Shown: positions 54,189 to 64,000 of the stretch, piece by piece | How the letters are laid out: the number at the start of each line of letters is the position of its first letter | Numbering within the stretch: the first letter of the stretch is position 1 | NCBI RefSeq assembly: GCF_022539665.2 | Contig: NC_081332.1 | Coordinates: 3,658,001-3,722,000 of the forward strand | Source of the DNA: Daphnia carinata | Lineage: Eukaryota | Direction of reading: 5' to 3' | Length of the DNA stretch: 64,000 nt | Translations under genes and position numbers: made by a program | The notes under the pieces: model-generated | Told to the model about the DNA's origin: nothing | Databases searched by the model: none | What the model saw: the letters and a program-made list of their open reading frames with translations, nothing else

Positions 54189-57134
54189 TCAAGCATGAGA
54201 GAAAGCTTGATCTCTGTGGCCATGGTAGAGCGAAGACGGTTGTACTACGTGTTGGTGGGCAACGTGGAGGTTAGCTAACGTGGCTACCGATCCGGAATCG
54301 TAGCCGTGGCCTCCGGATGGATGGTAACTGGCAAAAGCTGTCGATGGAAGGTGTAAGAGGCTGCCGGTAGCGACGTGAGAATCTTTGCCCCCACCGACGA
54401 ATTGCGATGCCATCAGCGAACTCATGCTCCTCGATGCAGCCATTAATCCGCTGCTTCCGGATGGATTGTGAACAACATCGTCGAACAGCATTTTATTGCC
54501 GCCCATGGCAAAACTGTTGGGCTTCAATTCGCTCAGCAAGTCATTGCCGCCGTGGTGGTGGTGTAGGCCAATTCCGGATGAAGACGATGATCCGTTAACC
54601 GGAGTCGTAGGTAATCCGTTATCACTACCCATGCAATCATCACTGTTAATTCAATTAAAAGAAAAATAATTTGTTTTAGATTTAATGAGAAAAATCACGT
54701 AGGATAAACAAAAGATCTTATCTAATATCTATATGATGTTACAACGACACGAGTAAAGCACCATTTTCAAGAATTACAGCGTCTTTTACTCCACCCTCGG
54801 AATTTTTTCTTCAACTGGTGGGGGGGGGGGGAGAAAACTACCCCGGAACCATTTGGTTGGTAGTAGGAAAAAAAAACGAATCGTGGGAACACACATGTTT
54901 TATGCTTATCCTTTGGAAGGTTGTTACGGTTGCCTTCACTTCGTTTCTTGCGACCAAGTTAAATAAAAAATAATGTTCACTTTTTTTTTTCTTGCTTATC
55001 CATTAAGCGTGGCCAGTTACATAGACTCCGGAGAGAGAGAGAGAGAGGCTGTCATCGATAAATCCGTCTGTGCCGTTCGTTTTGTGTGACACACAAGTTC
55101 ATGATCGTCAAAGGTCAGTCTTCATAAACTTGCCTCCCAAAAAACCCAATCATTTAAAACAAAAAAATTGAACTAAAATCAGTTTCTCTTTTTTTCCCAT
55201 GAACTGGTGTGACCTTTCGTTGTACCCCCCTCGGACCGACGTTTGTCATCATCCATCATCAAAGATCACACAAAGAATCGTACCTTCTTTGCTGCTGGGG
55301 TGGAGTCCGGTCGCGTTGACGTCGGTTCTTGAACCAATTGGAGACTTGGGTCAGCGTCAATCCCGTCTTTTTGGCCAGTGTGCGCTTCTCGTCGGGCGTC
55401 GGGTATCGATTGAGTCGGTAGCAATCTTTGAGGGCGGCGCGGGATTTCTCTTTGAAGCAGTAGATCGTTTCCTCTCCGTCCCAGATCGTCTTCGGCAGCG
55501 GGTACTTGCGACGGAGCCGGTACTTGTCCACGGCTCCTAGCGCCCTGTTCCTCACCTTTTCGGCCTCCTAATTTTGGAAAAAAACAAAAATGTTTAATTT
55601 ATTCTGTTTTAAAAAAACACAGATTTTACAGGCCTTTTGAGAAAAACAAAAGGACTGCGACATTTACGCGACATCTGTTTCAAAATAAACCAGAACGATT
55701 GTGTGAAGGAGGGGGGCCTTTCTTTGTGTGTGTAGAGGGGGGTCGTTTCGAGTGATTTTTTTGGTTGAAGTGCCATTAAGAAAATGAGGGCGGCCACCAT
55801 TTCCAGCACCCAAAAAGAAAAAAACACTGGATACAAGACGAAAGGAAAAAACAAAAGCTATATAACTGAGGCACCCATTTCCGAAACAGCTTGAAAACAT
55901 CTAACTTTTTTTTTTATTTTTATTATAAGGGGTTAACACAAACGTTTCGAAGAACTGTTCCAGTTTATCTTTTATTGCCTCCCATAATTTCTGCGCACAT
56001 GTGCGCGTACGAGAAAAAATCAACGGCCCTTAAAGAAAACTGTGTATAAAATCTCAAAACGCGTACCTTGTAGTGGGCGCCGTACCAAATGTTCTGCAGC
56101 TCTTGGTGGTACTGGGAACTGAAACTGTGAGACTCGAGCAGGTTGTAGAGTTCGCGGTAGTTGCCGCGATGGAAGGCGACGGCGACCCGGGCTCGGAGCA
56201 CCGACTCGCTGCTGGCGCTGCCGCTCAATTCCGACGCGGGAAGAGACCACAAAAATCGCGACAAGCGCTAAAAATACATTTGACATCTTGAATTAATTTC
56301 TCCTTAAGTTAAATGTGAAGTTAACGAATGTACCTCCATATCGCCGGACTGTTGAAGAGCTTCGCAAACGCAAGCGACTTGGTCCGTGCTGAATGCCATG
56401 GTCATCGAAGACGACCCAGACGGGCCGTTCATCGGTTTGTTGTTGTTGTTGTTGTTGTTGTTATTGTTGTTGTGTCCCAAAGATGAAGAAGATGTCGAAG
56501 AGGCAGATGAGGGCCCGTTATGATGCAAATCGAGACGATCGCCACCGGAAGACGAATGACGCGGATCTTCGCCGTAAGACAACTGCGATGTTCACCGATG
56601 TTAATTTGGATTTGCAAATGAGGTAAATTAGAATATTTTAAAACTTACATTGGCGCTATCGAGTAGTTCCAAACTACTCGTCTGATCCAAACTGTTGTGT
56701 TGAGGTTGTTCGCTTTTCAGCGTCAACGCGACGTGATGGTGTTGATCCGCACCGCCGGAAGACGATACGGAACTGCACCGTGAATCTGTTCCGCCTACGG
56801 CACTGGTCGATGCCACCGGATAATGTTGATTCAAATCGTACGGATTCTCCAGATGCTGTGGCTGTTGTTGAAGATGATGATGATGCTGGATATGATGGTG
56901 TGGATGAAGCGGAAGGTGATACGGCTGATACAGCCGATGCTGTTGATGATGTCGTTCGTTCTTCGTCACCAACCGATGGCTCAACAGCGGATGATTTCCA
57001 GTGGCCGGCTCTAGCGTGTGGTGGCCCGACGGCGGAGGACTCACGCTGCCCGTCGACGCCGTTTCATTCACCGACGATCCGGCACCGAACGGATGAAGTA
57101 AAGACGCACTACTACTAAGACTACCACTTGCCAT
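54189..57134 (-). CDS. Six4: SIX4/5-class homeobox transcription factor, about 557 aa. Exons 57134-56649, 56582-56334, 56267-56067, 55567-55284, 54642-54189
   Basis: Six domain ([30 protein letters not shown]...[29 protein letters not shown]...[34 protein letters not shown]) and homeodomain [12 protein letters not shown]...[14 protein letters not shown]. The ETIY tetrapeptide is closest to Six4/5 ETVY, not Six1/2 ETSY or Six3/6 QKTH. Confidence 0.93.
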
Positions 57135-60100
57135 TTTTCTTTTAATCGACTAGATGCAAAACAAAAAGAAAAAGGTCAGCAGCACTTCACTTTGATCAGA
57201 GAGGCTCCTTGATATTTGGGCTCGAAGGGTCAAAAGCAGTTTATGAAAACAGCATCCGAATGCGAACACTTGTTGGAGGTGAATAATCGAAAACTCTTTG
57301 GCTCGCCTCTGCCATTCGAGTTTGTCGGCTCACGCAGTTTTTCCTGAACTCGGGTGAGCAAGCTCCTCCCTTCTCGAACATCGGGCCAGCCATTGGTTCC
57401 GTCCGTCCCACGTTCCCGACCAATGTCGATTTTTTTTTTGTCAGTCCGTCCTTTTCTCTCCTCCCCTCCGTCAGGTTGTTTCACACACACGGCTTGCTCC
57501 GCCGGTCCGGCCAAAGCGAAGAGAGGGGGGACGGACCTGTTGCTGTGTGTAAAAAGGAAGTTTAATATGTGCTCAAGTCCGTCGTCGACTTGTTAATGAC
57601 TCATCGAGCCGCTAATGAAATCCGAATGTCCAAGAAAAAACAGCTGTATGCAGAGACATTGCCGATCCATTTGAAATTTTTATATGCGTCACGTGCGACA
57701 ACAAGACGAGAGTGTTCATTATTGTGGTATCTTTTTTCCTATTGAAAATGATTCGAATTTTTATAGCGCTTTGTATTCGATCGAAGAATCTTATCTGTCA
57801 CGCTGTATAATAACGATGAACTTGATTACATTATGATAGAAGCAATATTATGAGCTCCTCCAATCTCGAGCTGTATCGTCTGACATGTATTTCGTGTTGA
57901 CCCTGGGTTGCATTTCAGATGGGGCTAAGTAGATGAAAGATGGCCAAAGATATCGATGGCATGCTCCTATGTTCATTGTTGAACGGCATATGTTTATCGT
58001 GTACATAGGCGCGGATAATCTTGCACAGCTATGCGCATTGTTCTGCGGATGTAAATCAGATGAGCATTCTTCCTCGCGCGCGAGCTCTCTCGTTTAATCT
58101 TCTCCATTAAGATATACCTGTCCAACTTAACATACCACCTGTACACACACACACCTATCATCCTTAAGAAATATTTAAACAATGAGAGGGTCAACTATTT
58201 GGGCATTCTTGTGGCCAAAACATTTCTTGGTTAAAGCGCATAGGTTTTAACTTGGCTGTGTGTTTATCATCCTGTTTGCATTAATTAAATGTAGAAGAAA
58301 AAAGAAAGGCTTTGGAATTTCCCAGAAAATTTAGATTGCGTCATGGAAAGACGATGGCGGTGTTATACTAGACGCTTTCGTTGCGCGGATTCCTAGTATT
58401 CGAAGCCAATAAGACATTTCAAATGGATCAATGGGTCAAAATATCTAGACACGTGGCGGATGTGTCTGGAAATGACGTGCTAATTTTTTCTTTACGCAAC
58501 TTCTTTCCTCCTGTACGGGAACGGGAAATGGCCACGTCGTATAACTCTTTACGTAGTGTCATAAAGAATAATAGTTGTGTGCCCAACTTTTTTTTTAGCC
58601 ATATACGATAAGAACTTATCAAAAAGCTCTGGATAGCTGTGCCGGATTGAAATCCGAGCTCCAATTGCAGCATATATAGAAGTCTCATCGAATAAAAATC
58701 CAACGCAGAGTCTTGCTATACTGCAGCTGGCTTCTATACGTTCTTTTTTTTTTTTGGCTCTTTGAACCTCTGTTTCAGCACAAATAAAAAAAAAAAAAAA
58801 GAAAACGTTCTTGAAACCAGCAGCGGCCATCTTCGCCATCGCTCCTCCGTCCATGAAACGCTGGTGATGTGTAACCCGAATCATCGCCCCAAAGTTCTAA
58901 CGGTCTATTGTTTCAAAGAGGATGGCAAGAAAGCAAATAAAAAAAGAAAAGCGATCCGGAGAAAACAGTTGGGCGGAGTTATCACGATCCTCTCCTTCAA
59001 AAAAAAAAAAATAAATGTGCTGAGACGATACTCTTATGGCGCAGCATGCGTGAAAACGATAGAATGTTAGCTATAACTGAATTCCCCCTTAAATAAAGAA
59101 TTAGAATATATATTAATTGTAAATGCTGCAAGTCCACACAGTAGATGTTACAAGTGGGTAGAAGGACTGTATATAATAGAAAAAAGAAAAAGGCAGTCGG
59201 ATAGAGCAATCCGATCCGGTGCTGGGCTATATAGCTCAGAGTCAATTAAACCGGATCGAATGGCCTCTCCCCCAACGCATTTCACATCAACTTGGCCCTC
59301 TGCTATTTGTCGTGCCAAGAGTCTTTTTTTGTTTTTTGTTTTTTTCTTGCACGATGAATGTTGAAGCGCGTTCACATTCAGAAAATGAAAAGCGCTTTTA
59401 TTTTTAGTGGGTAGAGAGTGGGTCGATCTACGTGACATTCGATGAAATAAGAATTTATTCTTTTCTTATATTCTCTTTGAAGTGCGTCATGCAGTAGGAG
59501 CTATGCGCATAATAAAAAAAAGAAAAAGGCCACTTGTTTCACTGGTACGAAATACGAGATTCTATGTTTGCATGTTATATATTTAATCTAAACGATATAT
59601 AACGTAGCGAGCTTGTCGAACGTGCACGAACGTTTTAATCGAAACATTTTTAGATCGACAAATTTTAATGAAGCCTCGAGAGAGTTTTGCCTTGATGATA
59701 TTCAATCAAACCCTACTGGATAACAGAAGGCTAACTAACATTATTCATTTTTGCTCATTAGTGCAACGCTTCAAAAGAAAGGGAACTCACCCTCTCCTTC
59801 TGCCCTAATATTCTATATAAGAAGAATAAGAAATAGCTGCTTGCTGATGATACATAAATTCAGACGAACGCCCTTGCAACGCATTTGTGAAAAAAAAAAT
59901 GGGGTGGTGGCAGAAGTGCGCAATGACCGGCTTCGTGTTACCATTTCCTATATTCTATAGCGTAGGGCCCTATATTCGAACGCGGGTTCGGTCACACCCC
60001 GCCCGCTACGACATTTTTTACTGTCTTTATTAGAATAGCAAGCGCTATGTGTTGTAACCGTTTGTATAAAGCGATGGCCTTTTTTCTCCCTTTAAATCTT

Positions 60101-63100
60101 CTTTTCGCTTGATGCCAAAAGGGGCCTCAACGTATTCACACCCCCTCAGATTTGTGTGTGTGTGTGTGTAATATTCCCTAAACTCATCTCAAATCAGTTG
60201 TGTGTGTATGTGAGTCTATTTTATAACAGACGAGCTGAGATTCGAATTTCAGTCCGGAACCCCCTCCGCCTTAGCAACGGCTTTTTTCTTTCGCACCTCT
60301 GGATAAAAGCGGACGTTGTTCACATCTCAGTTCTCCCAATCGCGTGTTTTAAAAATATACTTTAAATGTAATAGCGAATCATTTTAATGTACAGGTATAA
60401 CACCGTGTGATCCGCAATTTGTGTTCGGTTGAACGGCCAACGACCTTTCCACCTGAAAGTGAAAGGATTGTTTCCCTCCGGCCTTGGATGGTCCTTTTTT
60501 TTTCATCCGTACAATAGAAAACAAAACTCACCCCTTCCGTACAATTTCCGAAAAAACAAGCGCACAACAAGATGTTCTTCCGCGGTCTCCCCATTTTTTT
60601 TTTGAAAAATCCCTTTCAGTCTAAGACTATCAATAGAGAACAATAAAAGAATGAAAACTGGACAAGAATCGCACCCTGGCATCGATTGTGTCTACACATC
60701 ATACAGAGCGGAAGAAGTGGGGGTCGCATCCATCATCAACTGTTTTTTCTTTCTCATCCGCAAGGGCCTTTTAAACGGTCGCAGACGGACAATAAAAATA
60801 AAAGAGATAAGCAAAAATCTGCATGTTTTCACTTTCAATTGAATTGAATGTAAGTGTCTGGGCAAAAATCGCGGAAGAAAGGCGTCATATTAAAGATGAT
60901 GATGATGCGAATAATGGGCCCGGCGGAAGCTGCCAATTATCTCTGACAACTCCCTTGCATTTGCTACGTGTTGCTGCCCCCCCATACGGTTAGCCGAACA
61001 ACAATCTATATACTAGCTACGTCTGCGTAATTGAATGATTGGTCAATTCCGTTTCGACCTTTACACGGTTATTCGATATACACATCAGGTGATGCCATCG
61101 ATCGACTGCTGATGGGTGGATGCTGGGAAATTACAAACGAGCAGCTAAACCAACCGAAACGAAAAAAGTAAAAGTGGCAAAAGAAATAAATGGTTTACAA
61201 TTGCACATTTTGGTTCATGGAGTGACCATGAATTTTTTTTATGTTTGATACTTCGCGATCGTCTCCGATTGCTTTTCTCGTTACAAGGCCATTAGCAATG
61301 AATGTTAGAATCAAGCTCTTGATAACAAAGTGTACACTTGGAAAAAAACGTATTGGCTTTTGTGTTTATTGAAACGTGGACTCATCTTTTGACGGAGACT
61401 ATGGGTGTAGGGATGGAAAAAGAACAACTGGACACTCGGAATCGATTAAGATGAATTACTCCCGGTTCGTTTTACACACGTTTTTTTCCAGCTCGGATAT
61501 GTGAAACAAGGTCGTTAAAAATGCGACACACACACACTGAGCGCACACTCATTAACAGCACAGTGTGCGTAGGAGGAAAAGGGGAGGTGGGCTGGCAGTT
61601 GGTCATCAGTTTGCCCTAAAAAAAAAAAAAGAAAATTGAAAGAAAAACGACTAGTAGGTGAACATCAGCGTTGCTACGGTCAAAGAGAAACTCTTCGTCC
61701 GCCTCGGTTCTTCCGCCATGTTTGATGCTGTGTGAAATGTGAGATATCTCTTCCAGAGCCGGAGAGATGAAGGAACACACAAAAAAAAGGACTGTAAGTA
61801 CGTTGGAAGGAGGGTTCAGTCGCAACCATATATATTGATGGATTCTTTTGCTCTACTTTTGAAAGCCTCCACCCCCACATTTGCATCAGTACCGTTAAAC
61901 TTGAGTCATTTATGATAATAGTTTACTGTTCAAATACAAAATCCAGATGTGGATGAAGATTTTTATGCTTTCGAACAACATGAACATTTCAGAAAAAAAA
62001 AATTTAACTGTGATTTCCTTTACTGATCCAGTCAGGATGCTGTAGTAGTTTATCTTCATGATCGAACCGGAACTTGTGGCGGTACAGCAGTGAAAAGAAA
62101 CACAAAAAGAAGGAAGTTACAAGACAAGGAAAGGGATGATGGCCATCATCACAAATTGTCTGTTTTTTTTTTTCTATAGAGCCTATTCTTCTTTATTTCA
62201 TTGTCGCTCCTCACACATGATTTCCATCTCAAATATGTGTGGATATATAGCTGTCATCTTACTCTATATCGATATGGCGATCGGAAAAGTGTCATTTCCC
62301 TATCATATTCGAGCTATGGAGAACACAAGTATTATAGTTTTTATTGGTTTCATCGTCCGAGTCTGATGATAGCCTGTTTATTTCGAATCAGATTCTTCTC
62401 TTGTCATATCGATTTGCTCAATAAAACACAAGAGCTTTTATGGACGCAATTTAAGTGATCAATTGGCAACGCTGTTAAATTGTATTCTCTAGTACGTAAA
62501 AACAGCTGCAACTCGATTCAGGTGTGTGTGCCTTTTTGTGCTCCCCTCTTCTTTGTAATCTGTTCTCTTGTCGTAATCCGTTCAGTTCTGCTCACGTGTT
62601 GGCCGAGAGACAAAAGGAAACATTTCACTCCCATTCGGATACAAGCAGATCGAGATAATCAGTACGTATTCAGTGAAACCCAATCTAGGAATGGGGGGTC
62701 TTTATCATGTCCACGAGAGAAATCTTTTAGGTGTCGACAGGACACAAGTTGATGACGAAATTTTTGTTTTCCACATCATTTGGCGTCGTTTAAATTCTTG
62801 GCGTTTTTCAGTGTGCAACATTCTAAGTCCCATCATTCACACTCACATAGTTCACCACCCTTACATGTCATTTGAGAGCAGCCATTACCACCCAGGGCCT
62901 ATCTTTTCTCTTCATCTGATTTTTTTTTAGTTTTTCCAGTACTATCGGATTTTTTCTTTGCTCTCGTTTTTTTTCCCTTTTTCGTCGATGGAATTTTATC
63001 AGTTTTTACTTCCTTTACACAGAGATACGGGCGTTTGTGTTACTGGTTACACACCTACACACAGAAGACTTGGTTCGATGAAGCAGACTGAAAAAAGGGA

Positions 63101-64000
63101 CTTTGGAATGCTACTGCTGCTGTAAGTGTCATGTTCTTCATCATCGTTGTTATTAGATAGCGGGAAATGGTAACGCATTGAGTCAACGATATTCAAGATA
63201 TTTGATGACGAATGATGAGCAACATCATCGATGCTGCACAGCATTGGTTTTGTCTCATTTATTGTTTTTCTGCTGAATTTTGCATCTCATGTCTCGACAA
63301 GTCCGTTTGTCAAAAATGCAGCACGAAAGACAATACGATCGGTCCATAAATCTCTGGCATCGCCGACGGCACTTACAGTACGTCAGTTTTTATATTATAT
63401 GAATGGATTCAAATCTCCGATTACGTACCAACGAGTTCGTGTCGTAAACTCATGAAAAACAATTTTCCTCATGTAACCACGTTCGTAACAAGTACAAAAC
63501 AGGATTCGAATTCGGGAAATATTTAGACACACTCACGACTACTAGTATTGCCAAGTTGGGGGTTGGGTGAACGATGAATTGCCACTAAAACAAACAAATC
63601 GTCAACCAACTGCATAAATATTACTAGTCGTTACGTTACTATCGAAAAGAAAAAAACATAAACAGAACCAATAATTTATCACCCACTGAAAAATGACGGT
63701 ATGTCGAAACATTCTTCTCAATGTCAATAACAAAACTAACTCAATTTTTATTTTCTCATCAGATCTGTTGAACAACAGATGATGATCGGAAGAGTTGCTC
63801 AAATGTCTATAACATCCAAGTGCACACACAGAAATAATAGGCCTGTATTACTCGGACGATGCCGACGGACCAAGTCGTAGGCGAGTATCGAATTGCGACA
63901 AGTCGGTGAAACACGACCGCTTCTCTTTTTCCTCTTGGGCAGCAGGCAACAAACTGTTTCCAAGAAAGCTCCGTTGAGCAAAAATTAATAAAAAAAAAAA

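Noticed and set aside
58822..58840. Tandem GCCAT (YY1/Pho-like) sites upstream of Six4, suggesting a Polycomb element
   Set aside because: The motifs are too short and common to support a call without chromatin data.
59224..59239. GGGCTATATAGCTCAG resembling a tRNA 5' end
   Set aside because: No T-loop (GTTCRA) or cloverleaf follows, so it is not a tRNA.
61616..63981. Short ORFs near the window end
   Set aside because: No motifs or linkable exons were found, so no gene is called.

Overview
Eukaryotic, intron-rich arthropod DNA. Short GT-AG introns, very long A/T homopolymers and the protein sequences suggest a water flea (Daphnia-like); this is inference, not a database result. I hand-spliced six gene models, all phase-consistent from start to stop. 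They are Rpb4/POLR2D (-), Ada2a/TADA2A (-), a PDE9-type cGMP phosphodiesterase (+), Stardust/PALS1/MPP5 (-), a LAMP5/UNC-46-like membrane protein (+) and Six4/5 (-). Main highlights: (1) Ada2a lies entirely within Rpb4 intron 1 and splices in frame to Rpb4 coding exon 1, so one transcription unit can make a Pol II subunit or a histone-acetyltransferase adaptor. (2) The Stardust locus encodes a complete extra N-terminal PDZ domain split over three small exons, none in the ORF track, plus a possible alternative Cys/basic N-terminus that bypasses it. (3) A ~130-nt rod-like RNA structure rich in G-U pairs lies in a LAMP intron. (4) Several obligatory splice acceptors are preceded by poly-A rather than polypyrimidine. 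No rRNA, tRNA, CRISPR array or recognisable transposon ORF was found. Most short ORFs in the track are homopolymer or microsatellite noise.
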